Shown: one piece after another, positions 11,001 to 23,563 of the stretch
How the letters are laid out: the number at the start of each line of letters is the position of its first letter
How positions within the stretch are numbered: position 1 is the first letter of the stretch
Assembly (NCBI GenBank): GCA_000708835.1
Contig: DF237698.1
Span: forward strand, 1-36,998
Reading direction: 5' to 3'
Length of the DNA stretch: 36,998 nucleotides
Origin: Klebsormidium nitens
Taxonomy: Eukaryota; Plantae; Klebsormidiophyceae
Made by a program: the position numbers and the translations under genes
Notes under the pieces: generated by a model
What the model saw: only the letters and a program-made list of their open reading frames with translations
Databases searched by the model: none
What the model was told of the DNA's origin: nothing

Positions 11001-14000
11001 CCCGGGGGGGTCCTTATTGTCGGCCCAGGACCGGAGCCATTCCGTGCTGATCCACCGGAAGTCGTATTCTTTCGGGTCCGCCGCGGCTTCCGCCAAGATC
11101 TCCCGTACCTCGCGCCGACGCTGATTCACCTCCGCTTCGATCCGTTCCCGTTCCGACTTGTATGCCTCGATTGCCGCGTCAAACGCCACGTTGTCGTTTT
11201 CCACTTCCCGCACCAACGCCTCCGGAGCTTCGATCGTCTCAACCTCGTCCAAAAGTTCCGAACCGTGGACCCCGTTCTGCGATTTCCCGCCATTCCCCGC
11301 TTCCCCTACCCCGTTCGTATGGACGCCCTCTCTCGACCCTTGCGCTGGCGAATCCAATGAAATCGCCTTTTCCGCGCTCGTCCCGGCAACCTCGTCTTTC
11401 GCAGCCTTCCCCGTCCTCGCGCGCTTCGGCACCTTCTCGCGGCCCTCGCCCTCGCTCTTGCGCTTGGTTTCCTTCCCCGCCGCATCCGCTCGAATTCTCT
11501 CCTCCTCTAGTTTCTTCGCGTCCGCCTCCGCTTTCCGCCGCCGCCGCTCCTCCTGCCTCTGCATGATTGCCACCTGGCGTGCGTCCCTCCGCCGATACAT
11601 CAGCATGTACGAATCCGCTGACGTCAGCAGGTTCGGATCCAGCACCTCCGCTGCAGCTACACCCTCCGCCTTCGACGGCCCGACACTCTCCTCCCCCTTC
11701 GCATCCTTCTCGTTCTCCCCACCTCCCTCTTTCTCTTCCGGTTTTTGGCCGTTCTCTTTCGCCTCTTTCGCCGCTTTCGCGCTCGCATTTGCTGCAGCTT
11801 CTCCCAGCGGGTGCGCCCCGAGTGACGTCACCAGTTCGTCATCGAACTGCCACCAGTCCCCGGTGCGCTCGTCCTTGACGTGCGCAATGTAGTGGCCGCT
11901 CGTGGCCATTGCGCCCTTGTGAACTAGGATGGCGGCTAGATCGTAGAGCCCCTCGCTGCTTCCGTCAGCGACCCACTCTGGTTCTGAGGAGGAAGGGGCC
12001 TGAGGCTCCGGAGTAAGCCGAGAGTGGAGGTCAATCGAGATCGGGAAGCTGAAGCGCGAGGTGACCTTCTTCTTTGTGGCGGTCTGCAAGAGAGAAGAAA
12101 CTTCTTGAGTCAACCTTCCAACAAATTTGATATCATTTAACTTTTTTCGGAAGCAGTGCCCGATGCTTAAAAATCCTCAGGATCACCTTCCTTAGTAGCG
12201 GAAAATTCAGGTCAGGCATCGTCCACAACAGGCTCGCTTACCAATTTGATGCTATGGTTTGCCTCACTGAAGTTCACATACAGATTGGAGAGGTCCTCAG
12301 GCGTGGCTGACTTCTCGTCGACTTTCTACCAGGTACGTCCAAGCTTTCCGAACCGATGAGCGAAGGGCAATACTTGCCTTCGACGCATAGAGTACAAGAC
12401 CAAGAGCGGCATCCGTCCATCAGAAGGTGCAAGCAAAGCTCTCCTATCTCGACGCCGCGGGATCAACGTCTCGGCACTTCAACACTCGACCTGAGGCTTC
12501 GTACCTTGTTGTTGAACACAAAGCGCTTGAGCTGAAAGTTGAGCAGCGGGGGCAGCGACCGAAGCTTCACGCTCCGTGTAGCGTCCACGCGCGCGTTGCA
12601 GCGCTCGCACATGTACTGGTTGTCGCCCTCGAGAAGCTCCTCCCCTAGATAGTCGTCTAGGCTGGTCGCTAAACCCTCAAATCCTTTTACGTTAACCTCG
12701 AGTTCATAGAAGTCGACCAGGTTCTTGGACGAATCGGACTCGTTGCCGCAGACCGAACACCTGAGATGGACAAAAGGAATTTGCATGCTTGGGGCCGTAT
12801 GGTTGACCGGAATGACTGTTCTCCTTCTCTCTCTCTTTCTTTCTCTCCCCCTTCCTCTGTCACTCTCTGTTTGACATGTTGAGAAGAAGCGAATGACCGT
12901 GGCAATGATGTTTACGTACGAGTAGAAAAAGACGAACGATGACGCAATGGCAGCATCTTCCAACATTCTGGAGACGAAGGATGGAAACGAACACAAGAAT
13001 AAGCAAAGACAAAACGGAAGAAACCCACGCACCTGGTGACGTACGAGAAGGTCCCCCGAAAAAGTCCTTGGACAAGGTTTCGGACGTCCGGCTGCGCAGA
13101 CTGCTCCAGCAGCTTCTCTAGCAGCGTCAGCAGCAGCTTCATAAACTCCTGGCCGTCCTGTTGCACGCCGTTGTCCAACTGGAGCGTCTTCGCAAACACC
13201 GCCGGATCGACAGGGTCCTCGTTCGATAGTTGCAGCTTCACGAACAGCCGGCAGAGCTGCCTTAGAACCGGGTTGCCCTCCAGCAGCTGCTCCTCGGTGC
13301 AAAACAACCCCTTTCTAAAGTCGGCGTTCATGTACAGGCACTGCAGGATCGCGTTCACGTAGCACGTCGCGCCAAGGTTGGTTAACCCGATCGGGTCATC
13401 GTGGGAGACCCGTTTTCGGAACGTGGGGTCTTCGCCCAGAGCGGAGACGGCTTCGGGGGTCTTGCACCAGAGCCCCTGCTTACGCACGCCGTTTGGGGGG
13501 GGTATCAGAGCACAGAGGCAGTTGGGGGAGTCTTTCGAATTGACACGGTCGCCCTGGCATACTGGTCGGTCCCAGTGGTACAGCTTGCCCTTCTCTGCAA
13601 AGCTCAGCTCCTTAGACGCAGCCACTTTCCTGCCGGAATGAGGTCAGCGCAGTGTCAGCAGTGCCAGCTGAAGGGAGGTATGCTCGGCAAGGGCATTGCT
13701 TGTGGACGATGGAGGCATAAGATGAAGAAAGTCTCGGAAGTGGATGTTCTCACAGCTTTTCGGTCTCGTCTAGATGAATGTGCCCCACCCTCAACAGAGA
13801 GAAAGTACCGAGCTCCCACAAAGGTCAAAACCATCATACATCCACTTATGCATTTTTGTCTAGAAAAGCAGGACGAGCTTTCGAGTGACAGGCACCCTTT
13901 GTCTACAGAGGCGTAATTGAGATTGTCACATGCAACTCAATGATTGAAAGACAGCACAGGCCCCGTTGAACTCTATCCACAATTGACACAATTGGACATA

Positions 14001-14197
14001 CCTGCTTTTCTTTGGAGCTCTAATCCTGCGAAAGGAAGACAAACCAAATGCTGTTTCTGAAAGATTCATGCGCAAAAGAAAAGTGGAACCACAACAAGAC
14101 AATTGAAACAACCGGGGTACTTTGGCACCTACCTGAGGACATCTTGCCTTGCCTCCCCAGCATCTTTCACTTTCTTCGTCTTAGCTCGAGTCCCCAT
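5008..14197 (-). CDS. UBP26: Ubiquitin carboxyl-terminal hydrolase 26 (USP48 orthologue); 10 exons, 1247 aa
   Basis: Exons (minus) 14197-14133, 13629-13033, 12760-12505, 12083-10717, 10264-9980, 9575-9302, 8675-8493, 7316-7059, 6653-6512 and 5324-5008 total 3744 nt with consistent phases. Cys box [25 protein letters not shown], His box [14 protein letters not shown] and WWQFDD are present, followed by DUSP-like segments and a C-terminal ubiquitin-like region ([18 protein letters not shown]...LADYGI). Closely follows plant UBP26 as recalled. Confidence 0.96.
7200..8062 (-). repeat. Tandem array of about 6 degenerate copies of the UBP26 intron-7 acceptor plus the 5' part of exon 8
   Basis: The motif (TTCCG)n-CAG|GTGTGCGAGGCCTGCTACAAGGAGCGCCT.GACCAGGAACTC recurs with exon-like starts at 7316 (functional), 7483, 7640, 7779, about 7933 and 8041. 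Unit lengths are about 167, 157, 139, 154 and 108 nt. Confidence 0.92.
8250..8396. repeat. Degenerate direct repeat, 99-nt period
   Basis: 8250-8297 versus 8349-8396 match at 37/48 positions without gaps (cgggtc.caa.gtt..tt..agagc.gcctta.gg.cagca.aa.gaa). Confidence 0.6.
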
Positions 14198-15150
14198 CTT
14201 TTCAGCAAGCGCGAACCACCTTCAGCTTTCAGTGACAACGCGCCCGAGGCGTCACATCGCAGCCAGACTCCTCGTGCTTAAAACGAGCCTCAGGTTGGGG
14301 CTTCCTGGCCGAAGGATGTGACCAACTCAAAGTCAGCTTGACATCAACTGTGCCTAGTGCCGCTTACATCAATTGAACAGGCTTCGCCTAGCTGTATCAA
14401 CAATTTGCGAAGGTTTGCTGCACAATCTTTCAGAGCCTTCAGCCAGACCCTTTGTAGAAGCTTCTTCAAGGTGCCAAGGAGTGTTTGGCGGCCTGCATCA
14501 CGAGCTTCCCCTCCTTCTTCAGCTCCTTTCTGACTCGATCTGGTCAGCTTGAACTCCTTCGAAAATAACTTTCTCTTTTTTCTGCGAATTTAAGGTAGTG
14601 CTTGGGTATCTTTGACGTACGACACTCGAGACTACCATTGTTGAATAGAATGGTATTCCAATAAAGTGGTAGTGTCAAGGGTTTGCCTTCCGGACCCTTT
14701 CTTACTCCGGGGTTAGAAGGATGGTACACTGCTGTAATGGTCACAGTCAAATTTTCGACCACTGGTGAAGGCGATCAGAAAGAAAGGAAGTTGAAGGAGG
14801 CGTTGGTGCGTTGGTGGGGCGCAATCAATCGTTCGTCCATTTGAGAGTATTCTGCAACAGTTCCCCGTTCTCTGACGAGGGCAAACGAGAGGGGCAGACA
14901 TTGTGGAATTGCTTGCTGTATCACTCGCTTCTGTTGCTGTCGCTTGTAGGTTGTGACGTGGCCGGAGCGAGTTGGAGATCTCTGTGCAATCGAAGGGCAC
15001 CACAGAGCAAAACTCAAGCCGCTGTCTTGACTTCGATTGTGAACCTCGATGGTGAGGTCTTGAGGAGGATCTGAGTGACGGATCTTGAAGCAAACAGAAG
15101 CTGCAAAGAAGCCGAATCAAATCCGAGAACACAGAGGCCAGTGCAGCAGC

Positions 15151-16566
15151 ATGGGGTTCTTCATCACCACCGTCATATTTCTGCTTGCGGGGTTCGTCGG
15201 CATCGGCCTCTTCCGGGTTCTTTACAACAAGGGCCCGGAGACAAATCTGTAAGTCAGCTTCATCTAATGGCACACGCAATTTCTAGAGGCAATTCAGATG
15301 CTTAAGTTCCATTCAAGGTGAAAGATGTGTTCTGAAACGATTTTCAGCTGCTCAACCATAGCGCCTGGACCTACGTTAGACAGAGCATCATTCAACCAGT
15401 TTCGTGGTAATATTGGCCTTGTCCTCGGAAGGTGAAAAGGAACTGCGCATACCGCCAGTCAAGCCAGGCCTAGTCTGCCAGTTTCACAGCTTCACATGCC
15501 TCTTGACTTTCTCTACTGCCTCGATTGCTGCCCTGAAGCAATGGCGAATTTACAGCCCTGCGAAGCGGATGGACACATTTTGGTAATCGAGAGTCATGCA
15601 ATAGATTAATGACAAGATTCTGAGCTTGAGTCCTTTGCGAATATGCTTGTCTGAAGTTGAAGGTGTCTTGAGGCATTCATATGTGAGCCGATTTGCCCAA
15701 GCTCAGGATCGGGCTCGGAAGATGCATCCTGTGGTTGACGTTAGTCTGGGCAAGGTCAATCTAGAGGCTGAAGGGCGAAACCATGTGTCGCTGCTCTGCC
15801 AACATGTGTGTGCTTAGAGCCAGGTGATACTTTGTGTGTCCTGTAAAAGACTGCAAGGCTGAACTGAGTGACGTGTCTGAGCTCGCCCACTTATCAGTGT
15901 CCATCGCCTGCCTGTCAACTCTTGAATGAATTATGCTTTGACTATCATTATTGGGGAGGGAACAGTGTCAATTGAAACGGATTTTCTCAGCGGGCACCAA
16001 GATGTCTTCGGTCACTGTGATGCATTCATTACTCAGTATTTTTAAAAGGCTTCAAATTAATTGGAGATCAAAGTAGGGTGTTGTGTTGATGTCCTCGTTC
16101 ATCGTTGTGGACTTTTTGCGTCGCAGGTTACACTACACCTGGGTGATCACTGCTACAATCTGTTGCTGGCTCACGTAAGTTCCGACCAGATGTTTCAGAA
16201 TGGGGAGGTGCAACTAATTGCTCAATTACATGACTGGGAAATCTGCTGATCAGAAGTTCCATGCAATCTTCATGAGATTGCTAGTTTGTCATATTTGACC
16301 ACAGGAAAGTTGTCTAAAAGCAAGCAGACTTATTCCAGAACCGCGCAGAGAAAGTCTAGCATCTGTGTATTTGATGCCTATGTTCTGTTGGTGAGCCAGC
16401 CCTTCTACAGGAATTTCGTGTGTTTCTGCGCAAGCCGCCTCCAGGATTGATCTCCCTTTCAGCATCTGCCAACTGATAGGTCCTTCCTCGGTGCAGGTGG
16501 GCTATCGTTTACATGGCGCAGATGCACCCTTTAGTTGTCCCTATACTTAAAGCAGAGGGAGAATGA
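15151..16566 (+). CDS. VHA-e: V-type proton ATPase subunit e; 3 exons, 71 aa
   Basis: Exons 15151-15248, 16127-16174 and 16497-16566 give MGFFITTVIFLLAGFVGIGLFRVLYNKGPETNLLHYTWVITATICCWLTWAIVYMAQMHPLVVPILKAEGE, with the subunit-e signature CCWxxWAIVYxAQMxPL. Not present in the ORF track because the exons are short. Confidence 0.96.
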
Positions 16567-17444
16567 GAACGTAAAGGAACAATCGTTTGAGTTGACAGCT
16601 CTTTGTACATCTAAAGCGAAGTAAATATGCAAGCAACGTCTTCCCATAGAATCTATGGAAGAGGCCTTTGAGCAGGTTTTATACAGGACATCTGCAAGAC
16701 AAAGTATTCATCCTTTAGCGATGGACGAAGCTGGCACAAGTTATCATAGCATCGCTCGTTGTTTCCTTCATGATCTGCAGTGTAACTGATCCTTGACCCT
16801 GCGGCAGGTTTCAAATGAACTGACTATATAACTGTGCATCTGATTGCAATGATATCCTTTGCCGAGGTGTATGCAGGCTCACAATGATCGTTGTTGCTGT
16901 GCTAGATATGATAGCTCACATGCCGCAGTGCTAGCTATATAGAGCAATGCTGGCAGTCACGTGCTGTAAAAATGTAGGTACTGAAACTTTGCAGCTAATC
17001 ATTCAGTGCCACAGTAATATGAATCTGGCTTGTATGTACGTCACTGAACACGAACTTGTGATTATGGTGCATGGCTGCCGGCAACATTGCATTGCCGTTT
17101 CGCGATGAGCTGCACATGATCGGTCCTGCATGGGCGCGGCCGCCCGTGCAGCGCGCCTGCCGCATTGAAGTACGTAACCTCAAATAAGCGATGATTCTTG
17201 AAGCGAGGCGGCTTATGGGTTTGCAGCATGCAGTGAGTGATTGGGACATTGTACATACAAGCACAACTGCAGACAGCCACCTAATCAGAAGTGCAAGACT
17301 CATGTGCATCGCGAGGCAGAACGATGGCTCATGCATCTTGCCGTGTCCGGAACATGCAGCAGGCTCATTTCGTTTTGGGAAGCTGATGCATGAGACCTCA
17401 CAATTGTCAAAGCGGACAGGCAGGCTATGGACGCAGTTTTCCCA

Positions 17445-20400
17445 TCAAAACCGGTGCTGCTTCTGAGTTTGAAGATCTGAAACAACCCGTGTTTCAAGGA
17501 CTCTATAGCGGAATGTGACGTACTCTACCCATGACAGGAGATACCTGCACGACCAATCAGAGGCATCAGGCGAGGCATCCGTACCGCTCGTGAAACATAC
17601 AAGCAGCCTGTTACAGCGGAACATCGGAATCATCCTCAATCGCCCTGTTCGGCAGCAAATTTTGTAGGATAGTGATGCTGCAGAGGTTTCCCTTTACAGC
17701 GGTGTTGAGTGATAACAGAGTCTCCGACTAGACTCCAATACAAGCCAGAAGGGACATCCCGCTGTCACGAGGTTAACGTCGCCAGAAGGTAATGAGCAAG
17801 GGGTGGAATCTGGCTCGAGCTTTGGGATAGGAACGTTCGTGTTATCCGCTGCATTCGTCAGGTTCAGCTATTTGGCGGGAGGCATCCAGGGTCGTGGCTT
17901 TGAAACGAGTTTATGGCAGTGCTCTAGGAGCCGGTTTTAAGCCGTGTTGTCTTCTTTCCCGATCGGCCGGCTACTCTCGATCGGGCAAACTTTAGAGCAA
18001 CGATTTTTGGAATCGCTCGTAATAAGTTTCAGTCAGATCGTGATCCGAACAGGTGCAAAGAGTCAGGGTCGTCACTCAACTCTAACGACTGAGTCCTTCG
18101 ACGAAATCCAGACCAAAAGGTCGTCACAAGATCCGTACACGAGACGTCAAACAGAAACCGGAAAAAGACGGGTGGCGGTAAAGGAATGGATGGCGAAAAC
18201 AATAGCGTAAAAGGACGGTGGCTCACAACAATAGGATCCAGACCGCCAGGAACTGGATCCAGGCATACTTGAGGACCTCCATTAAGCCCGGGATATAAGC
18301 CACCGACTCAAACGGCGGTATCCGTATCCGTTCGAAGATCGTGAAGTCGGTCCCATACCCGGCCTGCCAGACGGCATACGAGCTGACGAATTCCGTTGTC
18401 TCTGCGGATAAGATATGCGAAGGTAAGTGGACAGATGCATCAAACAGGGAACCTTCGAGCGGCGAAGACGACGATTTTGAAACAAGTCTTGAATGTACGA
18501 TTTGCTCACGGGCTCGACGCTCATGCCGTTGAAACCTAGGCCTTTTTTTGTTCCTGAAAACAGGAGCACAAGAAACGAGTCACTCTCACGGATGATCCTT
18601 CTTCCGACAAAAAAACGGGTGAGCCTTTAGCCGAGCAGAGAGACCGTCAATCTTTGTCAACAGCATGATTGCCAGGCCTGTATACAGAACAAAATGGCTA
18701 GAGCTCGTTTGTTAGGTTGGCAATTTTGGCCAGCAGATTGGACATCCTGAAAGTGCACTCATGACATGAGTCCTCAGAATGAGATGACGCTCACCATTGC
18801 GATCTAGATAGTCGCGCAGTATGGACTGCATTTGCACGCTTCGGCTGCAGAGTCGAAATTGACGGGATCAGAAATCCTGACTTGATCGATTCCGTTGGAT
18901 AAAACTTGTGAGCAGATCCCTGGAACTTGTTCTCTTCCAGAGTGGGAGCCGCTCGCTTTCGACCGTCAGTTCTGGTGATTGAAACTCCGTACAATGGGAC
19001 CTCATTGACTCTCTCCTCACATTTTCAGGGGGTTCAGGCGAACCTTCTGAACGTGTGGAATGCCAACGACGGCTGTACATCTATCGACATGATGCATCCA
19101 CCTTCCTCCACGCTCGCGCGTCGCTTTGCTCTAAAACTTTGTCAGATGTTCATTAGTGTTTCGGGAAATAGCCAACCACGTTACCACTCCAAGCAGCTCG
19201 AGCCAAACCTGCTTCGCAACTGGCGTCATCATCGTGCTCCTTTCGAAGGCTCGTCTCGTTCCTCGAGGCAAGAACCCCGCAATGTTTATGCTCTGCCCCG
19301 ACAGGCTCCTGAGAGCCAATTGCGCGTTTCAATATCTTCTGTGTGCTTTTTTGCAATCGACAACCGCTGTCTTGGTCGAAAGGACTCTTTCGAGTTTTGG
19401 CAGTCGGGGCACAAGGACCGGTAGGCTCACCTGTCCAAGCTCTGCCCTGACGGCCCCCCGGGAGCTAACGCCGGGACGTCGTACAGCACCCGGTTGTTGT
19501 CGAAGCTAAGCGGCCGCCTCTGGCGCAGCCGCAGTTCGCCGTCGACGTGTAACTCTGAGCCAGGGAGGGGCGACGCATGGTGGATGTAGGCTAGGCTCTG
19601 CATCTGCATGCGTATCCGCCCCTGCACGGAGTGGGAAATAAGTAAACGTTGGTGTCGGTGTTGTTGGTGTGTGCCTTTAGGCGCTTGCAGAAAGGAGTAA
19701 AGCCTATAACATCTGACACCAGTCGTCCAGCAGCTCCAATCGGGCAGGGAGTGGAGGGTCAAACCCCCTTTATCTAGCGCACCTCCCACTCCCTTATCAC
19801 ATCATGCTGGGCAAAGGCCATACGGTCGGCGATGGCCTTTTTTTCAAACTTTCAAATTCTGCGATTCTGTTGAACGGCTTTACCTGTATCTGGTACCGGA
19901 ACTGCAGCAGCAGCTTGACGCTGTGCACCGGCCCCGCGCCGCTGACACGCGCGCTGACGTCGATCACGTCTGCATTCCCGTCGTGGTCCGAGTCGGTCTC
20001 GGTCGCGCGCACTTCGACCGCGGCCAGCTTGTTCGCTAGAGCGCTGTTTAGCGTGGGGAACGTGCTCCAAAAAATTTCTTGACCGGGACCCTTTCCCTGA
20101 ATGGAACGGGAAAATATCTTTGAAAGACTAAGGAGTGGGGGATATACACGAAACTCAGTTGCACGCAACTCGAGTAAGTAGCGCAAGCGGTGTTCACGGC
20201 AGGGAAGATCGTTGTTGAATGTTCCTGGCCAGGAATAATTGCCTCTAATGTGATTTGGGACGTATCTGCTTTCCAACAACATTTCTGCAAAGAAAGATCG
20301 GACTACTATGTAATCAAATTACTACACACAAATACGGGGGTGCTGCCAACTCAACAACGTCGAAGGCGTGTCACTCCTGTGCACTCAAAGACTTGGAAAC

Positions 20401-21448
20401 GGTCAAAATGAATGTATCTTGCCTTCAAAGACACTGGGGTCTTACCTCAAGCAGTAGAAGGGCGTCATGGGTGAAACGAACGGCAGGTTGCGCAGTGAAA
20501 GTGGACTCCTTCAGCCAGAAACCTAGAAAGCAGAGATCGGAAATTTGGAACAATCTTGGCTGAAATGCTTCAAATACTGCGATAAGAAGGCGACTGCACT
20601 CATCGAAGGACTTGCTCTTGCAGTCGCAGGAATCCGTTATTCAAAAGCCAGAGGTAACAGGAACAAGTTCAGCGCTTGTAGTACTTCACGTGCTTTATCT
20701 AAGTAGCAAATTCCTCATCACAGCCACCAAGAAACCTAAGAAATCTGGCCTGCGAAACTGCGAAGCTCATAGAAATCCATGACCGATTGGGGTCTTCAGA
20801 TTTCGCAGGCTTTGTTCTTTTCTGAGAGTTGATATGTAGTAACTCCTATCAAGAGCAAAGCCTCAATCCCCTTTTAAGATTGAGGGGAATGTCGGTGGGA
20901 GAACATTAAGGCATGCCTCTCATGCAGTCCCCTTGTTTGCCTCTTGTCAGCCGATCAATTGTCATAGGATGTGATTTTGCCAGCGGCTCTGTATGGGGGC
21001 CTGTCAAGAGCGTTGGACTGTAGATATCAATGTGTGGCCCAGCTGCTACCCTGATAGTGGATAGAGCATGGATTGATGGCCCAGATAAGCAGCTTGTTTG
21101 TATCGTGCGGATGCCTAGATTTTCTTCTCGTGAATTCCTTTCCCTTGATGTGAAAAGTGGTCGCGAGGATGTCAAAGGACTCTGCACTTCAACCTGAGCT
21201 CAAGTCTCAAAGTGCACAACACGGAAGGGCCATCAAGAGTCCAGCAGCCCCAGACTTCAGACTGTGGCTCCATGTCTTGGAATTACTCAGAATGATCGGG
21301 AGCCAGCGAGCTCACCTTGTGAGGAATGCACAAAGATGAACGTCAGCACCAGGATGGCCACATGGCTGGCCAGCCTGAAGCAGAACGCTGCAGACCATCG
21401 ACTCGCATAGTGGCGCCGCTGCAAGGCCTCTCCGTAAACTTGGACCAT
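17445..21448 (-). CDS. TMEM231: Transmembrane protein 231 (ciliary transition-zone MKS module); 7 exons, 312 aa
   Basis: Exons (minus) 21448-21316, 20522-20446, 20096-19884, 19621-19431, 18844-18795, 18401-18227 and 17544-17445 are phase-consistent. Motifs GFWLKESTFTAQPAVRF, FWSTFPTLN, MQSLAYIHHASPLPGSELHVDGELRLRQRRPL and YIPGLMEVLKYAWIQFLAV parallel TMEM231 as recalled. Confidence 0.93.
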
Positions 21449-22365
21449 GGTCAGCTTCTTGGGACTCAAAATATCTTCCTACTTTCCTGAGCTGCGAGAA
21501 GCAGCATACATGTGAGCATATTGAGTTTCAGATACGGTACGCTTACAAGCTGGTTGTACTGCCCGTTTAATGGTGGTACTGCCCGTATGTAGCTAGATTG
21601 GGTATCTTTGATCAAACATCCAGGTGTAGCTCAAAGAAGCCTCCCAGGCATGAAATTCACCCTGAACAACTCAAAACTTCAAAGCGGGAGCATTTGCAAT
21701 GCACTTGAGCCGGCTTTGTGCACCTTGCTAAGGCTTTCGATTGAGAAGGATCTGACAGTGAAGGATGCTCTGCTCCTTCGAGTCCTTGTCCGTTTTCATT
21801 CGCTCACTGAAGGAGAAGGAGGAGGAAGCCCCAGTTCACAGAGCACCACTTCGATTTTAGGGTTTGGCTCCGGTGTGAACCCTAGAATGGCCAGCAGAGC
21901 AAGGACTGTGTGAAAATTCATCTTGCTCCGCCAATTCTGTGCAGACCCGTCCCTCTGAAGATCGAACGGTTTTACAAAGTTCTGACCGCGCCAAAATCGC
22001 ATTTACACCAGGCCTCCAGCGCCGGCGCTTCGGTTGGAAGCAGCATGCATGCTGAACTGGGAAAACTCGCGATTGTGAAATTCAAAAGTTAATATACTGT
22101 ACATATATTGTGGACGAGCAGCTTGGGACTCGGAGAAGGTTCAAGGGATAGCACTGGATTCAAGAATCTCTGCAAAAGCGCAAGCTCCTTGAACGGCGAC
22201 AGAAATCCTCACCAATGATCATAATTTCTTCCTGAGAAAGCTTCTGAAACGAGCACTGTTGCGTCCTGCATTACAAAATCTTGGTTTGTTTGCAGGCAGC
22301 TGACTCTGACCCTTTGAAGGTGGTTTATGTACGATTGTGCATTTGAATGATTATCAGCGTTGCTG

Positions 22366-23563
22366 ATGTTTCAAAAAGTAGCTCTCTTGAAGTGGGCTCG
22401 CCAAACCCAGACAGCCCTGCGGGGTTCGCAGCAGCAGATTCAGGGCCTCGTACATACCACCACTTACATCAAAACCCCAAGGGAGACTTCCTTATTCAAG
22501 ATTCAAGGCATTCCAGCTACCGTTGATCAACAACACTCCAAGCTTACAACCAGGAAAGGAGACTCATTTGAGGCGCCGGTCGCTATCGGCAACCCTCCCC
22601 GCTTTGAACATGAAAAGCCAGGGGAACTTCTTCAACCTTCTGACCCCTCCCAATTGGTGCACAGGCCGGGTTTGGTAGCTCTTATGTCAAAGGACGTAAC
22701 TGCAAAGTTAGGGAAGCCTTTCCTTGGCTGCAAAGCTAACAGACTCCACTCAAACGCCCAGATCTGTGCATTGCAGAACAACTTCCCTCACAACAGCGAC
22801 TATGTCATTCAGACTGCTGTTTTGCCCAAGTACCATAGCGTAGCATTTTTTCATCGGTGGCTCCACACAGTGTCAAACGCATCAGTGGAAGGCCAAACGG
22901 ACCCCTGGCCCGTTGAGATCAAGGTACAGAAGAAAGGCAAGGTGAGACATTGATCTTTCAAAAGGACCACCATTATGGGCTGCCTGGAGGTGGTAAGTAG
23001 GACCCAAAGAGATTGTCAGCTGCTGTCAAACTGCCAAAACTGTTAGGCTGGGACAACTCGCAGGAGATTTGCAGGAGGACGTTAATCCCTGAGTTTATAG
23101 TTGCAGGAGCTCTTTGAGTTCGCCTTGCCTACGGGTGTTCAACTCTCGTTGCAGATTGCATTGCCAGCAGAGCGTGAAGCAACATGGTTTCTTTTCCTGC
23201 GGACTCAAGTCACGCTGACTCTCAAGATCACAATTGCAGGTTCTGGAAGTTGCCTTTGCAGACGAGCAGCGCTTCACATTTCCAGCAGAGCTTCTTCGAG
23301 TTGAAAGCCCTTCCGCCGACAATCGTCGCAAGGACCAAACTGGCGCAACGAGGTTGGTATCTGGAAGGAAGCATGTAAGCATTCTTGGAGTGGAGCCTGT
23401 GGGAAACTACGCTCTTCGTGTAAAGTTTGATGACCTACACGAGAATGGAATATATACGTGGAGATATCTCTACGACCTGGGAAAGAATAAGTACTCGCGT
23501 AGTAAGGCATACATCAAGCACTTGCGAGAGAGAGGGCTGTCTCGAGAACCTAAGCGGCGGTAG
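22366..23563 (+). CDS. DUF971 / gamma-butyrobetaine hydroxylase-like N-terminal domain protein with long N-terminal extension; 2 exons, about 299 aa
   Basis: Exons 22366-22941 and 23240-23563 (phase 0). The C-terminal domain reads PVEIKVQKKGKVLEVAFADEQRFTFPAELLRVESPSA...SGRKHVSILGVEPVGNYALRVKFDDLHENGIYTWRYLYDLG, a DUF971 pattern. The start codon is less certain than the domain. Confidence 0.82.

Noticed and set aside
11640-11800. Charged low-complexity insert in the USP catalytic domain as a novelty
   Set aside because: From recall, plant UBP26 proteins carry a variable insert at the same position after the WWxFDD motif.
10617-11892. Long plus-strand ORFs (247, 244, 134 aa and others)
   Set aside because: They are antisense shadows of the GC-rich 1367-nt UBP26 exon 4. 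The same applies to the minus-strand ORFs over cyclin L1 (27512-30450) and over the last gene.
14713-15279. 188-aa minus-strand ORF
   Set aside because: It has a non-ATG start, is antisense to VHA-e exon 1 and its leader, and contains no domain.
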